Shown one piece after another: positions 1-10,596 of a DNA stretch of 64,000 bases. This DNA comes from a virus. The DNA lies in the IMG/VR virus record IMGVR_UViG_3300032282_002676, positions 5,647 to 69,646 of that record, one strand, 5' to 3'. A model generated the notes under the pieces. That model had not been told where the DNA came from, searched no databases, and saw only the letters and a list, made by a program, of their open reading frames with translations. The position numbers were made by a program, and so were the translations under genes. Each line of letters opens with the position of its first letter. Position 1 is the first letter of the stretch.

Positions 1-2271
1 GCCTGTAATTGTGGAATATACTCCAATTCCTCCAGCGCCCGCAGGATTATCAACTACACTAGGAGCACTGCTACCTACACCACCAGCACCACCGCCACCG
101 CCACCAGCAGTTGCACCAAGCGGTGCTGGAGAAGAAGGTGTATCAGTACCAGTACCACCGTTGTTGCCTTCGCCTGGCGTTCCTGCTCCTGCTGGACCAG
201 TAGTGAATCCACCACCACCACCACCCCCAGACCCACCAGTAGCGCCAGCAGAAGGTGATACGTCACGTGATCCACCTCTACCTCCACCAGTTGACCAAAG
301 TGATGTTGACACATTCCAGAATCCACTATTACTTCCGTTTGTACCTAATCCATTACCACCCGGTGCACGTGAACCACCAGAACCAACAATAACATTATAG
401 GTACCATCTACATTAATTGTTCCCGTTTTAAGTCCACCAGCACCACCTCCGCCGCCAGCATTACCACCACCACCACCACCTCCAGCGACAACAAGATAAT
501 CTACTGTTGTTACACCTGCAGGAACAATCCAAGTTGACGTATTATTAAATACTGCAATTTTTAAAGCATTCTGTATTGATGAAACTTTAAGGACTACTAC
601 ACCCGAACCACCACGACCTCCACCACCAGGTGCAGCCGCTGGACCAGCACCACCACCACCACCCGTACTTGTATTTCCTGATACTCCTGATGTGGATGTA
701 CCATCACCTCCACCACCAAGACCACCTATTTTAGGAGAAAAACCAGGACTACCATAAGAACCACCACCGCCAGCATAGTATGTTAATACGCCAGACATAG
801 AAGATGTTAGTCCTATGCCGCCGTTACCTGATTTAGTACCACCAATTCCACTTTCACCATTAGCACCAGCACCACCACCGCCTCCATTAAAGTTGCCTAC
901 TCCTGGTGTACTTGTTGCGCCACCGCCATTGTTACCTTGTCCGGGTGCTCCTGTGCCGCCGCCGTATGGACCGCCGCCAGTTGATGCTCCTGCGCCACCA
1001 CCTGAACCACCGTTATTTGCTCCACCATTTCCAAAACTGCCACCGTATCCACCACCAAGAGAAAGGATTGTACCAAACGATGAATTTCCACCATTGGTGC
1101 CATTAAGTGGTGATAGATAACCTGAACCACCAGCACCTACAGTAACAGTATATGTTTCTTTTGGTATTACTTGAAAACTTGTACCTGTTAAAAAACCACC
1201 AGCACCGCCACCACCTCCAGCACCGCCGCCACCACCACCGCCAACAACAAGATAATCGACTGTTGTGATATCATCAGGTACCGACCATTGTTGAGTGCTT
1301 GCAAATGTGTATATAAGATTTATTGAACTTCTATTGTATCTAAGAATAACAACGCCTGAACCTCCTGCGCCACCTGCGCCACCACCAGTGGAACCACCAC
1401 CACCTCCACCACCAGTGTTTGTATTTGCAGCGACTACTGAACCAGAAACTACACCATCTGCGCCACCACCTTTATTTGCTATAACTGGTGTGCCACCACC
1501 ATAACCAAATGCTGAACCAGGAGAAGAACCACCACCTCCACCACCAGCATATGAAATATTTGCTCCAGTGAATGGAGAAAATAATGCAAGACCTCCACTA
1601 CCACTTGCTGTAGTTGTTGTTGGTCCTGCCGACACTCCTGCACCACCAGCACCACCTCCACCGCCAGCATATGCTACACCAGGTTGTGCGACTCCATTAC
1701 CGCCATTATTACCTTGACCTGGTGTGCCTAATCCACCTACACCAAAACCTCCAGGTGCACCGCCGCCACCACCACCAGAACCACCAGAATAACCCACACC
1801 TCCAGATGATGCTCCATTATTATAACCGCCACCGCCACCACCAAGTGACCAAGAAGTTAATGCTGTGCCTGTACTTGTGACAAATAATCCTGAATTTGTT
1901 CCGTTACTTCCTGCTCCCGAAGGCGCACCTGCGCCTCCCGAACCAACAACAATTGTATATGATGTTCCTGGTGTTACAGATACACTAGAACCTGTTTGCA
2001 CTCCACCTGCACCACCACCACCACCCCAGTTTGCACCACCGCCGCCACCACCACCGACAATAAAATAATCTATTTGTTTAACACCATCAGGAAAAATTAC
2101 TGATTGAGTTGTTGTGAATATTTGTACAACAGGCAAATCGTCACGTGGCCACAATCCAGCAAGTTTATTCAGATTAACTTCGTTTGGTGTCCAAAACCCA
2201 GTGGTATCACCTGCCAAGAATTTAGCAGTATTGACTACACCAATTAATCCACCGTTAAATCTTTTTGCCAT
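1..2271 (-). CDS. Glycine-rich multi-module putative adhesin/fibre protein (runs off the left edge; not in the ORF track)
   Basis: ATG at 2271 (MAKRFNGGLIGVVNTAKF..., paralogous to the N-terminus of 2275..4800). Frame reads GIGVYSTITG at the window edge. At least three (V/I)D(Y/L)(L/F)(V/I)VxGGGGG modules. Confidence 0.85.
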   Translation of the reverse strand, partial: MAKRFNGGLIGVVNTAKFLAGDTTGFWTPNEVNLNKLAGLWPRDDLPVVQIFTTTQSVIFPDGVKQIDYFIVGGGGGGGANWGGGGGAGGVQTGSSVSVTPGTSYTIVVGSGGAGAPSGAGSNGTNSGLFVTSTGTALTSWSLGGGGGGYNNGASSGGVGYSGGSGGGGGGAPGGFGVGGLGTPGQGNNGGNGVAQPGVAYAGGGGGAGGAGVSAGPTTTTASGSGGLALFSPFTGANISYAGGGGGGSSPGSAFGYGGGTPVIANKGGGADGVVSGSVVAANTNTGGGGGGGSTGGGAGGAGGSGVVILRYNRSSINLIYTFASTQQWSVPDDITTVDYLVVGGGGGGGAGGGGGAGGFLTGTSFQVIPKETYTVTVGAGGSGYLSPLNGTNGGNSSFGTILSLGGGYGGSFGNGGANNGGSGGGAGASTGGGPYGGGTGAPGQGNNGGGATSTPGVGNFNGGGGGAGANGESGIGGTKSGNGGIGLTSSMSGVLTYYAGGGGSYGSPGFSPKIGGLGGGGDGTSTSGVSGNTSTGGGGGAGPAAAPGGGGRGGSGVVVLKVSSIQNALKIAVFNNTSTWIVPAGVTTVDYLVVAGGGGGGGNAGGGGGAGGLKTGTINVDGTYNVIVGSGGSRAPGGNGLGTNGSNSGFWNVSTSLWSTGGGRGGSRDVSPSAGATGGSGGGGGGGFTTGPAGAGTPGEGNNGGTGTDTPSSPAPLGATAGGGGGGAGGVGSSAPSVVDNPAGAGGIGVYSTITG

Positions 2272-2274
2272 TTA

Positions 2275-4800
2275 TTATACCCACTTAATAACTACAATTC
2301 CTGAACCGCCAGCACCACCGCCAGAATATAATGGTACACCCGCATTACCACCACCGCCTCCGCCTCCTGACGCATAACGAGCATTACCAACATAAGGTAT
2401 AGCACCTGCTACAGTAGGATCCATTCTTCCGCCACCAAACTGAGGATGAGGAGTTCCGGAAGTTGTAGAAGCACCAGGATAAGGTGCTGCACCACCACCC
2501 GAACCACCACCAGCATAACCTGTATTTGATCCTGTTAATGATGAGAATAATCCTAAACCTCCAGCACCGCCAGAAGCAGGAGCAGGAGTATCATAATTCC
2601 TTCCTGCACCACCGGCACCACCACCGCCACCACCTCTTTCACTAGCAGATCCAAGAAAGCCAGTTCCACCCAAATATGTTGGAGTTGACCATCCCATACC
2701 AGAAGAACCACCTCGTGATATACTTAATGGTCCGTTGTAAGTTGCTTGACCTTGACCGCCCATACCGTAACGTGCAGTCAAAGATGAGAATACTGAATTT
2801 GATCCATTTGAACCAAAACTTACAAATCCTGGAGGAGCGGGTGTTCCTGTTACCCAACCCGCACCACCTCCACCAACTGTAACTGTAACTTGTGCTCCTG
2901 GCGTTACTGGGAAAGCAGTTCCTGTTATCACTTCACCGCCACCGCCACCGTGTCCACCAGAACCATCAGCACCACCTCCACCACCACCAACAAGTAAATA
3001 GTCAACTAATGTGACACCTGTAGGCACTGTCCACGATGCCGTATTAGTGAACAATGCTATTTTATTTTGTACTGCTGAAACTTTAATGTAAATAACGCCC
3101 GAACCACCATTTGCTCCGTTACCAAAACCACCGCCGCCACCGCCAGTATTGTTATTCGCTGATGTTTGAGGAACAGTTGGTGTTCCTGGTCCACCTCCAC
3201 TGCCACCACCATATGGTGTACCTAACCAAGGTGATGAGGTTGAGTAAGAAACATAACCATTACCACCCCATCCACCTCTACCATTTACAGTAACTCCACC
3301 ACCGCCACCACCAGCATATGCTGTATTTGATCCAGTAATTGATGAAAAAATACCTATACCACCATTACCACCTAATTGAGAAGCGGCATTAGCACCTATA
3401 CCACCAGCACCACCACCTCCACCTCCAGCAGCAGAAGTACCAGCATCAGGTGCAGTACCAATACCTCCATTAAATCCTTGTCCAGATAAACCTACTCCCG
3501 CAAGATAACCTGGACCATTCGTAGACGCAGCACCACTGCCACCACCACCAGAACCTCCTGCACATCCTGCACCACCACCGTCCCGTGAAGCACCGCCGCC
3601 GCCGCCGATAGCAGTTAAAGTGCCGAATGTTGAATTACTTCCATTTGCTCCACGACCAGGTGAATTAACTCCTGAACCACCAGCACCCACAATTACATTC
3701 ATCGTAATATTTGATTGTATTGCTAATCCAGAACCTGATAAGACACCACCAGCACCACCGCCACCGCCACCGTTACCACCTCCGCCACCACCACCACCAA
3801 TGATAAGATAATCAATTGTTGTTATGCCATCAGGTACAGTAAATTGAGTTGTGTTAGCAAATGTGAATAATGTATTTGTTGTTGGAGTAATATAATATTT
3901 AAGAATAATAGTACCAGAACCTCCAGCACCACCTAATCCGACACCACCACCACCTTGGCCGCCACCGCCGCCACCAGATCCTGTATTAATACTAGCACTT
4001 GCTCCTGATTGGGCAGGAGGAAAATCGTTTCTTCCTCCATCACCACCATATCCATAATAAGTATTTGAACCACTCAGTGAATTATAAACTCCTATACCAC
4101 CAGGAAGAGTTGTAAAGTTACCGCTTCCAGGAGTACCAGCACCGCCTGCACCACCACCTGCGCCGCCTGCTGTACCACCAGTTCCACCATCATAACCTTG
4201 TCTAGCAGCATTTACAAAACTAGAACCGGGATAAACACCTTTACCTGCTGCAGGACCCGCAGCATTACCACCACCGCCAGACCCACCAGAATAACCTATA
4301 CCTGTAGCATCACCGCCAGCACCACCACCTCCACCATATGCCCAAGGAATTACAGTTGTTCCCGATGATGTAACAAATATGCCAGAATTTGTGCCGTTAC
4401 TTCCGTAGTTACTGAAATTACCAGGAGGTGATGTGCCTCCTGCTCCACCAGAACCAATAACAAGAGTGCAAACTTGTCCAGATGTTACTGGTAAATTGGT
4501 ACCTATGATAAAACCACCTGCACCGCCTCCGCCACAACCACCAGCAAAGGCGGGTCCAGCAGCGCCAGAGGCACCACCAGCACCACCACCAATGACAAGA
4601 TAGTCAACTGATGTAACGCCTTGAGGAAATGTTAAAGGTTGAGATGATTTGAATATTTGAGTTACGGTATAAGGATCAGGCCATAATCCAGCAAGACTGT
4701 TTATACCTGCTTCACTTAATGACCAAACTCCTGCGGCACCACCAAATCTTGTAGATGAATTAACAAGACCGATAATCCCGCCATTCAATCCTAAAGGCAT
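2275..4800 (-). CDS. Glycine-rich three-module putative adhesin/virion protein
   Basis: 841 aa; three modules of the form PxG(V/I)TxxDYLxxGGGG...GGSGxxI; polyglycine tracts. Confidence 0.85.
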   Translation of the reverse strand: MPLGLNGGIIGLVNSSTRFGGAAGVWSLSEAGINSLAGLWPDPYTVTQIFKSSQPLTFPQGVTSVDYLVIGGGAGGASGAAGPAFAGGCGGGGAGGFIIGTNLPVTSGQVCTLVIGSGGAGGTSPPGNFSNYGSNGTNSGIFVTSSGTTVIPWAYGGGGGAGGDATGIGYSGGSGGGGNAAGPAAGKGVYPGSSFVNAARQGYDGGTGGTAGGAGGGAGGAGTPGSGNFTTLPGGIGVYNSLSGSNTYYGYGGDGGRNDFPPAQSGASASINTGSGGGGGGQGGGGVGLGGAGGSGTIILKYYITPTTNTLFTFANTTQFTVPDGITTIDYLIIGGGGGGGGNGGGGGGAGGVLSGSGLAIQSNITMNVIVGAGGSGVNSPGRGANGSNSTFGTLTAIGGGGGASRDGGGAGCAGGSGGGGSGAASTNGPGYLAGVGLSGQGFNGGIGTAPDAGTSAAGGGGGGAGGIGANAASQLGGNGGIGIFSSITGSNTAYAGGGGGGVTVNGRGGWGGNGYVSYSTSSPWLGTPYGGGSGGGPGTPTVPQTSANNNTGGGGGGFGNGANGGSGVIYIKVSAVQNKIALFTNTASWTVPTGVTLVDYLLVGGGGGGADGSGGHGGGGGEVITGTAFPVTPGAQVTVTVGGGGAGWVTGTPAPPGFVSFGSNGSNSVFSSLTARYGMGGQGQATYNGPLSISRGGSSGMGWSTPTYLGGTGFLGSASERGGGGGGAGGAGRNYDTPAPASGGAGGLGLFSSLTGSNTGYAGGGSGGGAAPYPGASTTSGTPHPQFGGGRMDPTVAGAIPYVGNARYASGGGGGGGNAGVPLYSGGGAGGSGIVVIKWV

Positions 4801-5183
4801 TAACTTATCTCTTCAAACGATGTGATAAGATGCAGACGATTGTTTGAATCTGCTTTTGCTTTGAGGTGATCACCCTCTTCAAGATAGAGTGATTTAGAAA
4901 GAACATCTAATGAAGATTTAGCAGGTACAGTCATAGTATTGGCAATAGCATATGTTGCATTACCTAAACCTGTTGAAGTATTCTGTGCGCCAAACTTAAA
5001 CAATTCTACTGAGACATTACCCGCACTTGTGCCATCAACATTCGAAATCATAATTGTATTAATCTTAAACACTTGTCCAGAATTTACAGGATTCACAATA
5101 ACAGAAGATGATGTCGTAGTAAGGTTAGCGACATTCGATTTGCCACGAATCGTAGTTACTCCGACTATATTAGGTGCTGCCAT
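4800..5183 (-). CDS. Small beta-rich virion adaptor protein
   Basis: 127 aa, MAAPNIV...LEEGD...SFEEIS. The C-terminal pattern is shared with 10244..10582, 12259..12606 and 13444..13791. Stop overlaps the next start. Confidence 0.75.
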   Translation of the reverse strand: MAAPNIVGVTTIRGKSNVANLTTTSSSVIVNPVNSGQVFKINTIMISNVDGTSAGNVSVELFKFGAQNTSTGLGNATYAIANTMTVPAKSSLDVLSKSLYLEEGDHLKAKADSNNRLHLITSFEEIS

Positions 5184-5209
5184 TTATTTTTTTCTCCGAT
5201 AAATTCTTT

Positions 5210-6337
5210 TTATGGGTCTATGGAAGTTCCAGGACTAAATCCTATAGTTCCACTTCCTTGGAATGTATAATATCTATAACTTGCATCTTCAGAATATATT
5301 GGACTTCCGGAAACTAAAAATGCATTTGCTCTGGCATAAGAAAGTGGATAACGAATGATAACAACACCAGAAGCACCAGATGTACCACCAGCACCACCTC
5401 CACCGCCAGTGTATGCATCGCCATTGCCTGGATGTCCTCCAGTTAAAACTCCCGAAGGATTTGCATACTGGCGTCTTCCAACCGGACTGTTTGGCGCAGC
5501 ACCACCGCCACCACCACCTAGACCTCCAACAGCATGTATGTTTGTTTGATTTGTTCCACCATCACCACCGCCACCACCGCCGCCAGAATACCCAAGAGTT
5601 GCACCAGTAATCGTTGATGTTGTGCCATTACCACCATTGCCGCCCCATGCTGAAGCATATTTGATAGAATCAGGTGTGCTTGGTGCTGGATATGAACCTC
5701 CATAAAGATACGATGTTACAGTATCTCCACCATTTTCTCCTGCGCCAGATGCACCACCACCGCCGCCTCCACCACCGCCATATTGCGGTTCACCATCATG
5801 ACCTAATGGACCAGTATTTGTTGGAGTTTTTCCACCGCCACCACCATTACGGCCTTGATCACTAGCATATCCACCAAAAGTATAATCTCCTGGACCAAGA
5901 GGGGGTACTCCGCCTAGTGGTCGATTGCCGCCACCACCACCGCCGCCATAACCATCAGGATTTGCTGGAGGATATGGACCACCCCACATACCATTACCAG
6001 GAGCATTTTGGCCACCTCCTGAACCACCGCCTCTTGCCCAAGAAACTGCTGCACCAGATACTGTAGCAAAAATTCCAGAATTTGTTCCATTACCACCACC
6101 ACCGCCGCCAACTCTAATTGTATATTGTAATAATGGCGTTACTCCATAACTAGGAGATGCTTGAAATCCACCAGAACCACCGCCACCGCCATTACCTGGA
6201 CCACCACCAGAACCACCACCTCCAATAACAAGATACTCAATCGTACCTGTTCCTGGCAAATTTACCGGTTTTTGGCGATCAATTAATGTTCCATAACTTC
6301 GCAAAGAACCATTACCAAATCCACTAATAATAGGCAT
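5210..6337 (-). CDS. Glycine-rich single-module putative adhesin
   Basis: 375 aa; IEYLVIGGGG...GASGVVIIRYP...YYTFQGSGTI. Confidence 0.8.
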   Translation of the reverse strand: MPIISGFGNGSLRSYGTLIDRQKPVNLPGTGTIEYLVIGGGGSGGGPGNGGGGGSGGFQASPSYGVTPLLQYTIRVGGGGGGNGTNSGIFATVSGAAVSWARGGGSGGGQNAPGNGMWGGPYPPANPDGYGGGGGGGNRPLGGVPPLGPGDYTFGGYASDQGRNGGGGGKTPTNTGPLGHDGEPQYGGGGGGGGGASGAGENGGDTVTSYLYGGSYPAPSTPDSIKYASAWGGNGGNGTTSTITGATLGYSGGGGGGGDGGTNQTNIHAVGGLGGGGGGAAPNSPVGRRQYANPSGVLTGGHPGNGDAYTGGGGGAGGTSGASGVVIIRYPLSYARANAFLVSGSPIYSEDASYRYYTFQGSGTIGFSPGTSIDP

Positions 6338-7282
6338 TTATGCAGTTCCAAAAATTGTATTTGATGCAAAAACTCTATATGTTGATGCCGCAGTTTTCAA
6401 GATAGACCACGTGAAGATATTTGTTTCAGTAGATGCAATCATTGTTGTTGTACAACCTGGTTTACCATTAGCAGCATAAACAATAGTTGGTGATGAACCA
6501 TCAATTGTTAGGAAACAAACAAAACGACCAGTTCCAGAAACATTTTTAACAATCGCTGCTACGGATGTTGTTTGACCAATTGATGTAACTGAATCAAACG
6601 AATAAGAAGCATTACCTCTAACATTGAAAGTAGTATTTGATGAAGTTGTTCCATCATAATAGTGAACAGAACGATCTGTAACATCAATGTTAATTGTACC
6701 GCTTGCACCAGAAGAACTAACTAATGCAGTCTCTTTTGTTCTGGAAACAGATACTGTTAAATTTGGTGATAATGTTTCAGAAGTAACTCCACCGCCAGAG
6801 AAATGATTAGCACTAATAGCACCAGTACCAATATTATTACCAGAAACAGAATTTAGTCCTAATTGGTTACCAGATATAGCACCAGTTGCAATTAAATTAG
6901 TTGTGATAGCACCTAAAGTAATATGATTTGATGTGACCGCAGTTACTCCAATACTATTACCTCTAACTGCGCCATCAAGAATTGAAGTAGTAGTAACAGA
7001 ACTGGTAACAGGAACTTGTGTTGCCATTACGCCATTACCTATATGATGGACAACAATGTTATTAGTACCTGATGCTGGTGCTGAAACAAATGAAACATAG
7101 TTACCGCTACTTATACTATAATCAAGAGTTGGACGTTGATAGACACCTGCCACAAACACCATAATAGATGCTGCTGTGGCAGGTGAACGGAGTAACGGCC
7201 CAAAAAGAGTTTGCGCCGCTGTTCCACTAAAAACGTCTGTGCTAAATGGTACAGATGTAACTTGATTTCCAATGTATGACAT
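6338..7282 (-). CDS. Putative tail fibre protein (MSYIGN N-terminus, 10-aa repeats, C-terminal tip domain)
   Basis: N-terminus paralogous to 12623..13444; central GA(I/V)xxNxI repeats; C-terminal domain paralogous to 50114..50569. Confidence 0.7.
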   Translation of the reverse strand: MSYIGNQVTSVPFSTDVFSGTAAQTLFGPLLRSPATAASIMVFVAGVYQRPTLDYSISSGNYVSFVSAPASGTNNIVVHHIGNGVMATQVPVTSSVTTTSILDGAVRGNSIGVTAVTSNHITLGAITTNLIATGAISGNQLGLNSVSGNNIGTGAISANHFSGGGVTSETLSPNLTVSVSRTKETALVSSSGASGTINIDVTDRSVHYYDGTTSSNTTFNVRGNASYSFDSVTSIGQTTSVAAIVKNVSGTGRFVCFLTIDGSSPTIVYAANGKPGCTTTMIASTETNIFTWSILKTAASTYRVFASNTIFGTA

Positions 7283-7293
7283 TTATTTTCCTA

Positions 7294-7707
7294 TTATTCT
7301 GGTCTTACTGGTGCATTGCCGTCTGGTTTAGGAAACTCGTCGTTCACTTCTTTGATCATGTTATAAAACTTTGTTCCTTTACCTGGTATCTCACTATTGT
7401 CCATTGCTTCCCAAAGTGAGTTCACAAGAACTGTGATATCAGGATAATGTGATGCACGATCTAAAAAGTATTGATGATGCTCAATAAACTTATTCTGATA
7501 TTCCAACTCAGCCATAATTTCTGCTTTTGTTGGTGCTTCGGTATTAGCATCATCTTCCCAACGTGTGAACTCAAAATGTCCACCTGAAGCAGACATATCA
7601 TATCGTGCTGTTGGACGTAATGCTTTAATTGCTGTATCAATGCCACAAACTAATTTGTTATTGCTGCCAATTAAAAAGTGTGCATATTCAATTTCTTTGT
7701 TATTCAT
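7294..7707 (-). CDS. Hypothetical protein, possible fibre assembly chaperone (XkdW-like)
   Basis: 137 aa; AIKALRPTA..W..PT..EI..EL and R..YP..LW motifs typical of small fibre-associated phage proteins; SD GGGGTGA and upstream CATAAATA. Confidence 0.5.
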   Translation of the reverse strand: MNNKEIEYAHFLIGSNNKLVCGIDTAIKALRPTARYDMSASGGHFEFTRWEDDANTEAPTKAEIMAELEYQNKFIEHHQYFLDRASHYPDITVLVNSLWEAMDNSEIPGKGTKFYNMIKEVNDEFPKPDGNAPVRPE

Positions 7708-7757
7708 TCAATCACCCCTATAAAAAGTTATACTCAGTATTTATGTCCATGTTAGGA

Positions 7758-10244
7758 TCAAGTTGAGTGTTTGAGTATAAGTATACCTGAACCACCTGCC
7801 GCAGCATTTGGGGTAGCAGGATTACCACCACCAGCACCACCGCCACCGCCGCCAGTTGACACTCCTCCTATTGTTCCATCAACACCAGTGCTTCCACCAA
7901 TACCTCCACCTCCACTACCTCCAACAGCATTCCCACTAAATGCGCCACCACCTCCACCACCAGCAAAATATGTTAATGTACCTGTTAGTGTTGTTGATTG
8001 TCCTGCACCACCAACACCTCCAACATTTGGTACAGTATTTCCTCCTGTACCTCCAGCACCACCGCCACCACCACCAGCATTATGATTTGCTGCGCCTGGA
8101 CTAAATCCACCATTGTTTCCTTGACCTGGTGTTCCTAATCCTGCACCAGCAGAAATTTGTGCTGCACCACCACCAGAACCACCCGACCTACCATTAGTAG
8201 TTTCTGCACCACCGCCACCACCACCACCAATTGCAGTAAGTGAAGAGAATGTTGAATTTGAACCGTTAGCACCTGCACCACCAACAGGACTTGAAACTCC
8301 TGCGGTACCACCTGAACCGATGGTAATAGGATATGTTTGTCCTGGTGATACTGGAAAACTTGTACCTGATAGATAACCACCAGCACCGCCGCCACCGCCA
8401 CCGCCATAAGCGCCTGGAGTTATATTTCTGCCACCGCCACCACCACCCGCAACTAACACATAATCAACCGCAGCAATTCCTGGCGGTGCTGTCCACTGAC
8501 CTGATGCCGTGTAAAGATATCTATCTACAGTTGATTGTGTAGTAGGAATAAAAACGATAACGATACCTGAACCGCCTGCACCGCCATTACCTTGCGGTGA
8601 ATTAGAACCGCCACCACCACCACCTCCAGTATTATTATTTGCAGAAGCACCCGCTTGACCTCCCGATGTTCCACCATTACCACCACCATATGGAGTTCCT
8701 AACCAAGGTGATCCTGATGAATAAACTGCATAACCGCCGCCGCCAAAACCACCTCCAGCATTACCTAAATCAACAGCATTACCTGCTGCACCACCTCCAG
8801 CATATGCTACGTTAGCACCAGAAATAGTTGAAAAAATTCCTATACCACCATTACCACCACGGGCTGGAGTTCCTTGTCCTATACCACCACCACCGCCGCC
8901 ACCAGTTCCATAAGGTCCAGCATATGTTCCTCCAGCAAAACCTTGACCAGGAGTTCCAGCACCACCAGCAGAACCACCACCTGAACCAGCACCGCCACCA
9001 GAGCCACCTACTCGTCCAATTGCTCCGGGACCACCTGATGTACCACCACCAAGTGCAACAATACTGGCAAATACAGAATTACTTCCATTGCCACCGAAAT
9101 TAGGTGCACCAGCACCACCAGCACCACCTGCGCCAACTGTGATTGATATTGCAGAATTTGAACCTACTGGATATCCTGTGCCAGATAATACACCACCTGC
9201 GCCACCGCCACCTCCACGATCCCAACCACCTCCACCGCCACCAGCAACGACAAGATAATCTACTTGTGATACGCCAGTAGGTACAATGAATACACTTGTA
9301 TTATTGTAGACGAATATATTATTTGTTGATGTGCTTACTGTGTATTTGAGAATGATAACGCCAGAACCACCAGCACCACCAGTGCCAGCATAACCTCCTG
9401 GTGAATCTGGATAAGTGCCTCCACCTCCAGCACCTCCCGTCAATATTGTACCATTTGCACCAGCACCAAAAGCAGGACTAGGAACTCCACCTACACCACC
9501 ACCTCCATCGCCAGCAAGTCCTACAATCGATGGATAAAAAGCACTACCACCACCGCCGCCACCGCCAGCATAACCTGTATTTGCACCAGTAATCGTTGAA
9601 AAAATTCCTACACCACCATTGCCACTCCTTCCAGATACACCAGTTACACCTATGGCACCAGCACCGCCACCACCACCCACTGTATAAGGAGAAGAAGAAA
9701 AATTACTACCACCAGCAAATCCTTGACCGGGTGTTCCTGAACCTCCCGCTTTACCAGCGCCAGAGTGTCCACCGCCACCACCAGAACCACCACTGAGTCC
9801 AGCATTTTCGGCACCACCCGGCGCAATACCACCACCACCTCCACCACCAATCGACCAATTAATTAAAATTGAACCTGTACTTGTGACAAAAATTCCTGAA
9901 TTACCTCCATTACCACCATTAACAGTTGTAGAACCCGCAGTACCACCGGCACCAACTGCCATAGTATATGATGTTCCTGGTGTTACACTGAGTCCTGTTC
10001 CTGCTTGATATCCACCTGCACCACCGCCACCACCTGATCTACCTCCACCAGCACCACCACCAACAACTAACCAATCAACTGATGTTACGCCAGTAGGAGG
10101 TGTCCATAATGTTGAACCTCCAAACACTTGTATTACGGAACGTGTTGTTGGTGCAGCAGGTGTAGAACCACCACTTCCACCAGTACCTGGCACGGTCATG
10201 CGCTTGAGTGAAACTTTGTTTAGTGCTATTCTATTGAGTGCCAT
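7758..10244 (-). CDS. Glycine-rich three-module putative adhesin/virion protein
   Basis: 828 aa; three PxG(V/I)xxVD(Y/W)xxVxGGG modules. Confidence 0.85.
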   Translation of the reverse strand: MALNRIALNKVSLKRMTVPGTGGSGGSTPAAPTTRSVIQVFGGSTLWTPPTGVTSVDWLVVGGGAGGGRSGGGGGAGGYQAGTGLSVTPGTSYTMAVGAGGTAGSTTVNGGNGGNSGIFVTSTGSILINWSIGGGGGGGIAPGGAENAGLSGGSGGGGGHSGAGKAGGSGTPGQGFAGGSNFSSSPYTVGGGGGAGAIGVTGVSGRSGNGGVGIFSTITGANTGYAGGGGGGGSAFYPSIVGLAGDGGGGVGGVPSPAFGAGANGTILTGGAGGGGTYPDSPGGYAGTGGAGGSGVIILKYTVSTSTNNIFVYNNTSVFIVPTGVSQVDYLVVAGGGGGGWDRGGGGGAGGVLSGTGYPVGSNSAISITVGAGGAGGAGAPNFGGNGSNSVFASIVALGGGTSGGPGAIGRVGGSGGGAGSGGGSAGGAGTPGQGFAGGTYAGPYGTGGGGGGGIGQGTPARGGNGGIGIFSTISGANVAYAGGGAAGNAVDLGNAGGGFGGGGYAVYSSGSPWLGTPYGGGNGGTSGGQAGASANNNTGGGGGGGSNSPQGNGGAGGSGIVIVFIPTTQSTVDRYLYTASGQWTAPPGIAAVDYVLVAGGGGGGRNITPGAYGGGGGGGAGGYLSGTSFPVSPGQTYPITIGSGGTAGVSSPVGGAGANGSNSTFSSLTAIGGGGGGGAETTNGRSGGSGGGAAQISAGAGLGTPGQGNNGGFSPGAANHNAGGGGGGAGGTGGNTVPNVGGVGGAGQSTTLTGTLTYFAGGGGGGAFSGNAVGGSGGGGIGGSTGVDGTIGGVSTGGGGGGAGGGNPATPNAAAGGSGILILKHST

Positions 10245-10582
10245 TAGTAGACTTCAGTGCCGAATGCTGAGAATGCTAGAAGAGATGTATTAGCGTTTAC
10301 TGATATTTGTGAACCTGCTGCAAGAGTAATACCTAGTGTCAATGTAATTGCATCACGACCTGGTACATTGATACCATAAGCAAGATAGTTTCCATTAGCA
10401 AGAGGAGAACCAGAAGTGTTTGCAGCAATTCTAAATGCTGCTCCATTTGCTGCATTCTCATCTAAGTTAGCAATAGTAATCGATGAGATGATTGCAGAGT
10501 TACCTGCTGGAACGGTATACAAGTTCGTCAGAATATTTGCTGTTGAACTTTGTTGTCCTAATATTTTGTATGCTCTTGCCAT
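10244..10582 (-). CDS. Small adaptor protein (MARAYKILGQ family)
   Basis: 112 aa; clear paralog of 12259..12606 (identical first 10 aa, LYTVPA, TLTLGITL). Confidence 0.8.
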   Translation of the reverse strand: MARAYKILGQQSSTANILTNLYTVPAGNSAIISSITIANLDENAANGAAFRIAANTSGSPLANGNYLAYGINVPGRDAITLTLGITLAAGSQISVNANTSLLAFSAFGTEVY

Positions 10583-10596
10583 TTTTTTTCTTTAAA

